Assembly: GCA_021613535.1 (NCBI GenBank)
Contig: CP075495.1
Location: 1,736,001-1,800,000 of the forward strand
Origin: Adineta vaga
Taxonomy: Eukaryota; Animalia; Rotifera
Length of the DNA: 64,000 bases
Direction: 5' to 3'
Shown one piece after another: positions 12,601 to 24,300 of this stretch. The notes beneath the pieces are model-generated. The model did no database searches, had not been told where the DNA came from, and saw nothing but the letters and a program-made list of their open reading frames with translations. The stretch's first letter is position 1; the number at the start of each line of letters is the position of its first letter. Position numbers and translations under genes: made by a program.

Positions 12601-12743
12601 TTATCTCCTAATATATTCAATCGATAAATACTTCCATATAATTTCTCAAGTCGTTGAAAAGATCCTAATACAAAATTGGGATCAAGTTCACCAATATTTC
12701 CAAACAAAAATGTTTCTTGAGGTTGAGGAATTGATGTAGTCAT
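9636..12743 (-). CDS. Self-sufficient cytochrome P450-NADPH reductase fusion (CYP505/CYP102 type fatty-acid hydroxylase), intronless
   Basis: AGHETTSG I-helix, ETLR, PER, FGNGQRACIG heme motif; FMN domain FGSNSGSCE; FAD motif RQYSISSS; NADPH motif AGTGIAPFRGF; C-terminal DVYA; AATAAA on the minus strand at 9586-9591. Confidence 0.95.
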   Translation of the reverse strand: MTTSIPQPQETFLFGNIGELDPNFVLGSFQRLEKLYGSIYRLNILGDKMVIVSSQEIVNFLCDESKFDKQIGRPLEELRNLGGDGLFTAHTSEPNWKLAHKILMPTFGPQAIRDMFPSMMDICSQLILRWERFAGQEIDVTDNLTRLTLDTIALCSFNYRFNSFYQEKMHRFVDAMVNILEESSRRTQRLQLQNTLMIKTTRRYFDDIAYLHQLCDEIVQQRREQSSDTNDLLNRMINGKDPDTGYQLSNENIRYQMITFLVAGHETTSGLLSFTLYYLLKNPQALEKARAEADQYDNLTVDTLKNLKYIDAVLKETLRLQPTAPLFALHPKEDKIILPGGYEVNHDETILVLLHELQRDPKIWDRPEEFLPERMLNGGFENLPPNSWKPFGNGQRACIGRPFAWQESLLTIALILKHFHMEFVDPTYDLRIKQTLTIKPTGLKIRVRSRQQASLPLGITKKQPEKTSEQSSNSIRNSHLRPMTILFGSNSGSCESFASTLASEAPLHGFNARIATLDSAVSSLPSDQPVIIITASYEGKPCENAKQFVAYLESKPQLSINYAVFGAGHHDWVTTYQKIPIYIDEMLTNAGGTRIIELGHGDAAGDFFGAFESWKETLFQTLQKTIGIENVIGEEKLSIEIVNSTRNLGQITDVGILRETKVLTIATEINPTILHMEIELPKGQTYRSGDYLAILPTNPIQIVHRVLQRFQLSTDTHIKIHSSTDTFFPTGHPVSAFDIISGYVELAQLISKKQIETLASLCKNENEQTKLAKLAGDLYQTEILEKRLSVLDILEMYPSCELTFPHYLRMLPSLRIRQYSISSSPLWNSECATITLDIINAPALSGHGQYYGVASNYLASLRKGDRLSCTVRASNVGFHLPSDTKVPVVMIAAGTGIAPFRGFIQERAAQMICGRDIGPTILYYGCRTQQDFVYANELDRWSKLGAVEIKIVFSRQSIDEKKYVHDLIWEDRNEIAKLYHEGARFYTCGSAKKLATSVKECFLKIIADDQKCDEETAGKILEKISIDRYNVDVYA

Positions 12744-13151
12744 CGTCTACTTTGAATTATTCTACAAACAATTATCGATCTAAAATATGATTTCAGATTT
12801 AAACTCTGACTTCTAAAATGTCAAGAAAAACTGTGTCTCAATGAACGGTAACGACATTAGTTCTTTCGCGAAGATAAGAACCGACAAAATGGACTTCTTT
12901 TTATCATTTACTAAATACTTCTTCAGTATTTATATACTACTGTTAAAGATTTTAACGTATATATCATCAACGTTATCATAACTATAGTACGTACGAAAAG
13001 TATTTGTCGACACGTAAAGTACAGACATATGCGTGATGATTTATGGCATTCACATAGTGAATCATCTGTTCGTTGTTATTTTTTTTGACATATTGATCAT
13101 ATTTTCTGTTTTAAAAGATTTATAAAAATAAATTTCTTTACACACAATTCC

Positions 13152-14231
13152 TTAACCTAATAATATCCATGTAATAGCAAAATATGTTTCTGTATATGTA
13201 ATACCAGGATGAGGTGTACCATCAATTGGTATAAATTGAATTTCATCAATATCTTTCCAATCGAAATTGAATACTTGAGAATTATCAAATTGAAGAACAA
13301 TAGTTGTAGAATAAAGATCTCGTTTTAATCGTCGACCAATAACTTTCACATGAAGATCATCAAGCCAAGCAGCCGTTGCTTCAAAGGACATTAAAGAAAA
13401 AATATCTGTATGTTGTCGTTTGGAACATATAGTCATCGGATTGCCTTTGCCATTAAACGCAATACATATATGACCATTTGTATATGCATTTTGCCAGCCA
13501 CTCAAAGCATGATTAGTTGTAACCCACTGTTCATGCATATACCATGCATTATTCCATTTCAAACCTTCATAGAATTCGGTTAATAATCCGGAATCAATTT
13601 TCTTTTCGATTTCATACATTTTATCGAATGTTATTACGCGACGAGTTGGACTTTGCACTAGATATAGAATAGAAAGAGAGAGAGAGAGTAAGTAACGAAA
13701 AAGATATTTACTTGTGGATTGTAAAGTTTGAACCTGTTCTGTTAAAGTATGAATTTGTTCTTCAAGTTGTCGATTTGTACTAACAAGATGACTTAAAATA
13801 GGTCGTAATTTTTCATAATTGCATTGAATAAGATGTTCATCAAGTTGATCACGTGAACCTGACCATGGACATTTGATATCCGATGCCGAACAAACTATCG
13901 TTCCTTTTGGACATACTTTAGTCATATGATCATCGAAATTACCACGTTGAATTCCACTTTGTTCACATTGAGAACATTTAACTAATAATCGATCAAGAAT
14001 ATTCAATACTAAACGAGTGGTTACTGCTTTTAAATCTTTCATTGACAATATATGACGACATGAAGGACATGTCGAATATCCTTCATTTAACCAACGTTCA
14101 ATACATTCTTGACAATAACTATGATCACATGGAGTTGTCATTGGATGTTGAAATGGTTCATTACAAATTGAACATTTATAATTTTCATCGATAGATGATT
14201 CATTAACATATTCATATAGATTTGTTGGCAT
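13152..14231 (-). CDS. RING (C3HC4) + TRAF-type zinc finger + coiled-coil protein with a non-MATH C-terminal beta domain
   Basis: CSIC..TTPCDHSYCQEC..CPSC RING; LLVKC..C..RGNFDDH...CP..C......CPW.G.R..LDEH..C TRAF zinc finger; in-frame 54-nt intron at 13658-13711. Confidence 0.85.
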   Translation of the reverse strand: MPTNLYEYVNESSIDENYKCSICNEPFQHPMTTPCDHSYCQECIERWLNEGYSTCPSCRHILSMKDLKAVTTRLVLNILDRLLVKCSQCEQSGIQRGNFDDHMTKVCPKGTIVCSASDIKCPWSGSRDQLDEHLIQCNYEKLRPILSHLVSTNRQLEEQIHTLTEQVQTLQSTSKYLFRYLLSLSLSILYLVQSPTRRVITFDKMYEIEKKIDSGLLTEFYEGLKWNNAWYMHEQWVTTNHALSGWQNAYTNGHICIAFNGKGNPMTICSKRQHTDIFSLMSFEATAAWLDDLHVKVIGRRLKRDLYSTTIVLQFDNSQVFNFDWKDIDEIQFIPIDGTPHPGITYTETYFAITWILLG

Positions 14232-15768
14232 CTAGAAAAGATATTCATGTCATTGCGACAAATAGAAGACACATGAATTTTATTTCGTTCTTTTCTTTTT
14301 CACATAACATGTGAGAAAAACAAAGTCTTCTTTTCATAGTTACTTCACTACAACACTTACACTAAACAAATACATGATGCTATCAACAATACATTGATTT
14401 TCATCTAGTGTTATTCTTGTAAAGTAATATACTATTACTTCTTTTATGACATAATGTATTCATTATTTGCACTGTTCAATATTATGAACAAAAATTTGAA
14501 ATCGTTTTCTTTTTTGCATGTTCTACGATCCACTTATTAGAATGTCTTTTAGACATAGCATTCAACTTAGAAACAAAGAAATTGCTCCGAAAGTCGTTAA
14601 TCGATCGATCGTTTGCCGACTCTGTATAAACATGTTTATTTCTTGACTGAACTTCTCTTTTTTTTTCTTCTTTTTCCTTAAAGTACGTTAACACCCACTT
14701 TTCTATGCCCTTAGTTTTCCGTTCACCATCGGAATTCTTAAAAAAAATATAATTGCTTTTTTTTCTTTTTTCAAAAACGAGCACGATAACAATAATAACA
14801 GGGCAACAATAAAGTTCTATTAAGAAGAAATAAAAGAAAATCAATCAGAAAATCATCGAAACAAAAAGACGTTCGGCATCAGAAAACGACAGTTCTTTCT
14901 TTTTCTTGAGAAACATTAAACGAGCAGATTTAAGAAAACAAGTTTACTTCAATTGAATCTCCTAAGACGCCGATTGAATAAAGTATGTGACAGACGTATG
15001 TTTTTTATTTAAAATAAAAAGAGACATTAATGCATGTTTAAAATCTTGTCAAAAAAAGAACAGATAAAATATTTCTCGACATTTCAAAATGACTTCAAAA
15101 CTATATTAGGAAGAAAAAAAGAAGAAGAGAAAAATATTCAAGCCGATTCAAGGGAAAAAAATAAAAAGAAAGGGATTGTTTGCAGTAGCTTTTTTCCTAA
15201 GAATTTTCTTTATTATATAGTATTTGTTGTAATACTTTGTGCGTTTTTTCTCTTCAAGTGACAACCATCAACACTCTCGGAGAGGACGAGTAAGTTTACC
15301 CCTAGTATTAAAACACCTTTCCCTCAACCTTTATTTTAACACGATATTGATTGATCAGACGAAAGACGCAAAAGAAAAATTAGTTTTCTTCTTTCCTAGA
15401 AAATTGAATCAATAGGACACTTGAAATTCTTTCCAGGTACGAATATTTACTTTCGGTCATCGTATTTCGTACTTTGACTTTCTTTCGGGGAATAACGGAT
15501 GAGTGGAAAAATATTTACCTTTTTTTACAATATCGATCTAATCAGATTTTATAAGAATTCGTCTTATCATGAATCATGACAGATTCGAGACAGCATCAAT
15601 AAATTGAAGACATTGAAGTAGACGGAGATTTGCATATTATTGATTTTATGAGAGCTTAAAACAAGGTTATATAAAGACGAAAGATCAGACATTGATTTTT
15701 ATACATTTGCACTGTGTAAAATCTGATCGTTACAACTTGCGTCTTACCTTTTAAACTATCAGTAAGCT

Positions 15769-17905
15769 ATGGATGTCATACAACATATGCCGAGTATAAA
15801 TCATATATACAAAGATAGTTTTATGAAACGAGAGTTGACGGATATCGATATTCAAAGGTATGTATTGATATAATCTATTCGAATAAAATAGATTTCTATG
15901 ATATGTTTGTCTAGACTCGTAGATACTTATCCACAATCACCATCTATTCATATTAAGCCTGAATCTTTATATAATTCTGCACAGTCACCATCACTTTCCG
16001 ATAATCAAAAGTTCGATTTAGAAGAACATTCTCATTCATCATTTAGAGAATCGAATTCAACACGTGATTCATTATTATCAACAGTAAGTGAAAAAGTTGT
16101 CCTAATGACAGGAGCTGAACAATCAAGTGTGGTTCAACCACTTTTAACTGATCTCTATCAAATATCAATGGCATATGCATATTGGAAAGCAAATAAACAT
16201 CAAGAAATGTCTACGTTCGATTTATATTTTCGTAAAAATCGTAAGATAAACAAAAAATAAATCTTTTGTTTTTTTTTTCTATTTTTAAATGTTATTTTAG
16301 CATTTTGTGGTGAATATACATTATTTGCTGGTTTAGAAGAATGTCTTAAATTCATTCGTGATTATAAATTTCATTCAACTGATATTGAATATCTTCGAGC
16401 ATCATTACCAACTTATATTGAATCGGAATTTTTTGATTATTTATCAAAATTAAATATGAATGATCTGAAAGTTTATGCTGTTCCCGAAGGTAACATTAAA
16501 CAAATTTGAAGAATGACTGACATTGAATTTTGATATTCTCTATAGGTACAGTCGTCTTTCCTCGTTTACCATTATTACGAATTGAAGGACCCATACTTAA
16601 AGCTCAATTACTCGAAACAACATTATTAACATTAGTTAATTATGCAAGTTTAGTTGCAACAAATGCTGCTCGATTTCGATCAGCTATTGGAGCTGATAAA
16701 ACTTTATTGGAATTTGGTCTACGTCGTGCACAAGGTCCTGATGGTGGTTTAAGTGCATCGAAATATTGTTATTTAGGTGGATTTGATGGTACATCAAATG
16801 TTCTTGCTGGTAAACTTTATGGTATTCCAATACGTGGTACACATGCTCATGCATATGTTAATTCATATGAATGTTTGGAAGATTTAAATGAACGAGATTT
16901 ATCAGATCGTATTAGTGGTGAACGTCGACCATTTACTGATCTATGTATACAATATTTAAATGAACTTGGTCCAATATTAAGAATTCTTCCCGAAGAAACT
17001 CATAAAGGCGAATTGGCAGCATTTATTTCCTATGCAATTGCATTTCCAACTAATTTCCTTGCATTAGTTGATACATATGATGTACTCAAATCTGGTTTAC
17101 CAAATTTTCTTGCTGTTGCACGAGCATTACATGAATGTAATTATCAAGCAATTGGTTTACGTTTAGATTCTGGTGATTTAGCATATCTATCCGTAGAAGT
17201 TCGAGAGAAATTTCATGAAGTTGCTGTCAAATTTAATTTACCATATATGGGACATTTTAATATTGTTGCAAGTAATGATATTAATGAAGATACATTAGTA
17301 TCATTAGAAAAACAAGGACATTCTATTGATACATTTGGTATTGGTACACATTTAGTTACTTGTCAAAGACAACCAGCACTTGGATGTGTTTATAAATTAG
17401 TTGATGTATGTAGATTTGTTTCATTTGTTTTCAATTAGACAAACGTTTTTTTTTCCTTTTTATTTAGCTTGCTGGTTCACCACGTATTAAAGTTAGTCAA
17501 GATAATGAAAAAGTCACAATACCAGGTCGAAAGAATCTCTATCGTTTATATGGTCATGATGGTAAAGCATTATGTGATCTTTTAACACGAATTGATGAAC
17601 CAGAACCGCAAGCAGGTATTCGCATGTTAAGTCGACATCCATTCTTAGAACAAAAACGTGCATATGTAACACCAACATCTGTTCGAAATCTCTATGTTTT
17701 ATATTGGGCTGATGGAGAAATCAAAATGTCTTTACCAACATTAAAAGAAGTTCGAGCTTATGCTCGTGAACAAATTGATCAATTACGAAAAGATCATATA
17801 CGAGATTTAAATCCAACACCATATAAAATGTCAGTGACGAATGATTTATTTCAATTTATGCATAAACTTTGGATGAAAAGTGTTCCAATTGGCGAACTTG
17901 ATTAA
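15769..17905 (+). CDS. NAPRT: Nicotinate phosphoribosyltransferase
   Basis: [24 protein letters not shown]-type junction, [59 protein letters not shown]; 4 introns. Confidence 0.95.
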
Positions 17906-20900
17906 ATCTTCAAAGAAATATTCTCGACTAGATAGTTTCGATGTTGTCTGTATACGTTTTCTTTTGTCTTTCTTTATCATTATACCTTTTTTTCACGCGC
18001 AATACATTTCACATAGAGTTTTGTTTTGTTAAATTTTGTCACGCACAAACAATTTAATAAAAGTTTTAATGTATTATATCTTTGATTCAACTAAGATTGT
18101 TCGTAAGTGGACAAATATGTTTTTTATTCTCACTAACATCATCATTTCGATGAACGTGATGTTGATAAGATCAATCCTTAGACTACTTTGTACTTGATTG
18201 ACGCATCGTATGTCATAGTATGATTTTCTTAGAAGAAAGAAAAAGAATCTTCTCGGTTGACTTTGTGCGTCATCTGATGATACCTATCCGATCGAATTAC
18301 CATTGTCAATGTTCCTAAGTAAAAAAAGCAAATAATGACCATTGGTCTGTCTCGTTTATCATCTTTCATTGACGAGATGTCACATGCACATTTGTCTTAC
18401 GGCGACATGTGTTCTTTCTTTTCCTTTTTCAATCAAAAAAGAAAGATGACTAAACGATTGAAATTCCATTTTCTCATTTTTTTTTTATTGCTTGAACTTC
18501 AGGAGACCATAAAAAGTGACAGCAGACGAGCAAGTGTTCAGTTCTCATTTTTATTTTAATTCGATTCTCCACATGTGGCTCGTGTATACATACACACATT
18601 TCGTTTACATGCCCCGTTTGACTTTGATATTATGATAGACGATAAGCACACGGCTTGATATTCTCATATTGAAATATCGCCATAAAATGAACTCTGTCGT
18701 GTTTTAAATGAGGCGATATACATCATATATTACAAAGTGAAGGGTAAAGAGAAAGAAAAAGAAAAAAAGCTATAAGGTCCATTAACTAAACAAAGGCAAA
18801 ACGGAGGGAGAGTTCATTGTCAATGTTACAGTCAGTTGACTTCCGCACTAGCATTAGACAAAAAAAAGAACAGATGTTCAACGAGCATCTATATCTAGTA
18901 ATTTTAAAGATTATGGTTTATGTCGAGAACGAAAGACAGATGACAAGATCATAATGATTTGAAGGTAAATGAATGAGTTCAATTCTCTCTCTATATACAT
19001 ACATGTATCTCTATCGTTGAAAAAAACAAATGATTGATGATTTGTATGTTCACACTCTTGAAAAAAAACAAAATTAAATCTTCATATTCTTTCCGGTTAT
19101 ATGAATGATTTCTCATTGTGAAAGTTAAAATGCTAATTTGCTACTTGGTCTCTAATTGAAAAAAAAACACAATCACTACTAGACCATGGCATAGACATGC
19201 AAACGAGTCATTGACAGACGTGTGTCCTTCGATACTGGAAATGTCAATTTAGCTTGTGCGTGTATATGTCGTTGGACACAATCTAATGTCTCTATTGACC
19301 AACATTGCTTGATTAATATTAGCCTTCTCTTTTGCATACACGAAAACAAGCAGAAGAGAAAAGAAAAAGAAATGAGGAAAATGTCAAATGGTCGTTTTAC
19401 TTTCTTTCTTTCTCTCTCTCTTTCTTCTCTCAGTTCAATCAATAAAGCGAATGAGCACGAGTAGGTTCGAAATGAATGATTTGTTGTTGTTATTATTAGT
19501 AGTGTTAATACTAAATTATAAATCAAAAGGCATGAGTTCGCGTGCCAGAAATCTCAATTTCAATTTCCTCTTCTTACTTTGATCTTTTTTCTCTCTCTCT
19601 CGTTTTTTTTGACTTCGCATCTGTCTGTCTTCGATGTGTGTTGAATATGAAAAGATTGAGATCGTATATATCGATATACATTTTCTCTCTCTTTTCTAAT
19701 CAACTCAAATTGAGCATTCGATATCCTTTATGTGAAGAGTTTCCGTCTATTTTCAAATGATAAAAGCTTGATCAAGTAAGTAAAGTGAAGTGAGATCATT
19801 AATAAGACACCTGTTTTTTCTTCTCATTGATTCTCCAATGGATTTTATATACGCGTCCTTGAACATCATTGTTCATTGGAAGTCTTCATTCATTTAATTT
19901 TTCTTCATCTTCTTATATGATATGAATGAGTTACACACGTTGTCATCGACATTTCTTTGTCTTCTTCTTGTCAGTTATAAAAATCTCGATTCACATTGTC
20001 TTGCGTAATAGATATATATATACTTCTATTCATTGACATAATAAGAAGAGAATGAACTGATGAGAAGAGAGGGAGAAAAAATGTCACTAAGATATTTCTT
20101 AAGAACAAAATCTATCTCTTTTATCTTCGACTTGACAACATCTTTTTTTCTTTTCTCAAATATAATCAAGAGGTGTGACTAAGTGACAATACGCCCATTA
20201 AGTTCTCTGTGGACAAATAAGAAAATGATGATGATGATCATCATCATCACTATGATTATTAAGATCGATGTGATGCAACAAGTGTCCCTCTTCTTTTGTC
20301 TATATATGTCTCTCCTTTCCTCCACCTCCTTCGATCAATAATAGTTATTGACAATCATCGTCGTCGTCGTCTATATTTCGCAATTGTATATAGGAGAAAA
20401 AAAGCAATGTTCGATAACGACATGTCAGGGTGCATCAATCGTCAATATTTCGTGATCTGCTTATTGTCAAATGATGATGAGTTCATCATTAAATTGCGAC
20501 AATTAGCCAAGAACATCTTTCGTCAACAATCTAAATACATCCATATGAAAGACATTTGCCTTGTAGGTATCGTCATCATTAATATTGACCATCAATTGAT
20601 TGTTCGATGTAAACAGAATCGTTATTGGTGTTGATTGAAAAAATTTTTGTGACGATGATGGAATTTGTACAATTAATGTCCACAATAGCGAACAGATGGA
20701 ATCAATTATAAAGTCCGCTTGATGTTAGTCGACCAGTTGAATTAATGAGCTCGATTATCATTGTCCTCGAACATTTGAACATATCGAGTAAGCAGTTGGT
20801 CACCATGGGCACTTCCGTTCTATGTTATTCTTCTCTTTTTCTCGTTTGTCTTGTAAAATACCGTATTATACCATGACGTAATATTAAAAAAAAAAGAAGA

Positions 20901-21324
20901 AGGAGTTTTGCTTGCCTTTTTGTCTCCTTTTCTTTTAGATTAGCTCGATGATTATATTTCAATCGAAAAAAAAGATTTCACCGTTCAACAGAATGTCCTT
21001 GTTATCGCGCTAAGTCGTTAGAATTATTGAACTCACGCCTTCATTTCTATTTCCGCATTGATAAAAAAAGAAAGATGAATGCTAATTCAAATCTTCTTTC
21101 TCTCCTTGGACAACAGAACGCAAAGGGAGGGAGAGAGAGAGAGAAAAGAAAATTTTCTTTTCTCCTGTCTCTCTCTCTCTGTATTCTCTTATTCTTTCTT
21201 TTCTTCTTCTTCTTCTCCATCATCCCAATGGCGAACATTTCGTAATTGTTCAGACATTCATTCATTGAGTATATGTCGTTTTTCAGATTGAGCCAGAAGA
21301 CAAACTACTGTTCAATAATTTACT

Positions 21325-24300
21325 ATGGAAACGAAATATTCAAAACTTCTATTAATCCTTCTTTTCTATCTTATTCAATACGATATTTGTTCGATTATGG
21401 CCAATGATCCATCCGATTTTCGATTTGTCTCGTACAATGGTATGTATATGTGAGAATCAACACCTTTCCTTTATATTTTCTTTTTTGTCATCATCAGTAT
21501 CAGACGATAGACTAAATCAACAATTCGATAAGACGAAAACAAAACTAAAAGAGACAATTGTTGAATAGAATTCAAAAATTTGATATCACCTATTGATGAA
21601 AATGCCGAGTTTTTTCTTATCTGATTAGTTCATCATCAACATCATCGTTATATTTGTCTTGGAAATTAGTCAAGAGACTCTCTGTCTGTCGGCATCAGTA
21701 TTTGATTAGAAAAATGAACGGTTATGTATGTTCAATAGCGGGAAGAGAAAAAAACGAGTAGACTGGAACATTTTTGATCAAATTAGAATCACATATACTT
21801 ATGAATGAAATTTGAATCTATCTCCTATGTATACAAGAGATTAAATGTTCATTTGATCTTGTTGTTTCGCTTTTTAGAAATGTTACGAAATATTCAAATT
21901 TATCAAGAAAGTGATAATACCTTTGATGCAATTATTATTGATCCACAAAGAGATCAAATTCTCATTGGAGCAAAGTAAGATTTCTAATTTTAATTACTTG
22001 TAAATTCAGACATGTTTACCTATTGACACTTTCTGTCTCATTCTCTTTCGCTGTTTGTCATATCATGTATTGAACTAGCCAAACCATCTAAAGAGCACTT
22101 AGAAAATAAATTGACGAGTGATGGATGTCAAGCATACCTGAGAGAAACAAAGCCTTACTAAAATGATGACCGAGAAGCTAATTATATCTAAAACATACAA
22201 TTCATTTGTTGACAAAGGCAAAGAAAGGCATCATATTGCGTTGTTTCATTTAATTAATATTATTATTTTTCTTAGAAATTCTATTCTTCGTCTCTCAATC
22301 AATGATTTTCATTTATTGGAAAAATTTCAATGGAAATCATCAACAACGGACATTAGTACTTGTCGAAATCAAATACAATCACATGTAAATTATTTGTTTA
22401 CGTCTTTTCACATTTTTTTCTTTATTTTGTATAATTTAGAATGAATGTGAAAATTATATTCGTGTCTTAGCACTTCGATCTCGTGATCAATTATTATTGA
22501 CATGTGGAACTAATTCTTATCGTCCAATTTGTACTTGGCGTCGACCAGATTCTCTATCAACAATAATTCCTAATGATAATTTTCTATCAGGTGATGGTAA
22601 ATCACCTTATAACAGTCAATTTCCAACAGCCTACGAATTAATCGAAACAGGTTTGTCGAAAAAGAGAAAAGAAAAACGGAAAACTATTGAATATTTGTTT
22701 TAAAGGTGAATTATATTCTGCAACAAGTAATGAACCAGTCTTTGGTGTTAATGATCCGTTAATACAAAGAAGTTTTACCGAAGGAAAACAATTACGAACA
22801 CAACAACATGATTCAAATTGGTTAAGAAGTAAGTTGAAGTTTTTCGTTCTTGAAACATTATTATCATACAAATAACTTGAATGAATAAAGAAAACCTTCT
22901 TCATATACTATTGAACAAGGTTAAAACGTTTGTAAGCAAGGATTGAAATAACATTAATTTAATAGAAAGAATAAAATGCCGCAAGTCATATTAATACAGC
23001 TTCACTTCATCCATTCAAAGGATAAGAATCTATATATCTTTTACGATGGAATGAATATTATGTGATGAAGTTACATTTGATTACTTTAGGCATTTATTTT
23101 TCAATATATTGGATAACTGTATTTCATATTTAGATCCATATTTTGTTCGTATATTGAATATTGGTTCTTATGTTTATACATTTTTTCGTGAAATTGCTCT
23201 TGAACATTTATCATGCGGAACGGTAAATGATTTGATAAATTTTCAAATATATTTAGTTTCATTTTTTTCTATTAGACTGTTTATTCACGTATTGCACGTG
23301 TATGTAAACATGATGATGGGACTATGAAATTTAGTGATACATTTCGATCATTTTCTAAATTACGTTTATCATGTTCGAAGAAAATTGCCAATGAAATTAC
23401 TTCATTTGATTATAATGAATTACAATCGATATTTTTCGATCGATCAACAAATTTGATCTATGGAGCTTTTAATTTACCCAAGTAAATTGATGAATATCGA
23501 TTAGAGACAAAATCTATGTTTATCATTTGTAGAAGTGGTTTGCCTGGATCAGCAATTTGTATCTATACAGTTGATCAATTAGAACGAGTTTTTACATCTC
23601 CATATTTAACACAAAAATCCAATGAATCATATTGGTTACCATCATCATCCAAACATGAGTCAGAAAAGGTGAGTTCATTCAAAAGATTATAGACAATATT
23701 TTTTTTCCAATAAATCTCTCTTCTTATTCAGTGTGAACCACATCAATCGAGTGAAATTCCTATTCCATCGGGTCCTGTTCTACGTTCAGGTGTTCTTCAA
23801 TCATCTTTCGATGCATTAGTATTAGAAAACATTCGTATTGGACAATTATTAATTGATCGTTTTAATGGCATAACAATCTTATTTGTCATTACATTTGATG
23901 GATTACAATTAAGAAAATATTCATTAATAAATAATAATTTATGTTTATTAGAACAAATACAATTAAAACCATCGACTCTTTCCGAGAATCAATGGAAAAT
24001 TAATCAAGTAGAATTGATTTCTGAAAGAGTAATGATAAAAACATAAGTAGTTCGTAATTTGTTATCATATGTAATTGTTTATTTAGAAAGAACTTGTTCT
24101 TACAACAACTGTATCCGTATTAAAATTTTCCGTTGCACGTTGTGATCGTTTCAATACTAGTAATTTATGTTTATCTGCTATGGATCCGTATTGTACATGG
24201 GATAGTAATCAACAGCAATGTATATTATATACAAAATCTTCGTCGACATTTACATCTTCATCTCGTTCATTGACATGTCCTATTCTTAATACAACAAGTA

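Noticed and set aside
18335-21291. Numerous 60-115-aa ORFs on both strands
   Set aside because: F/L/S- or K/R/E-rich translations of CT/GA tracts; no domain or splice support.
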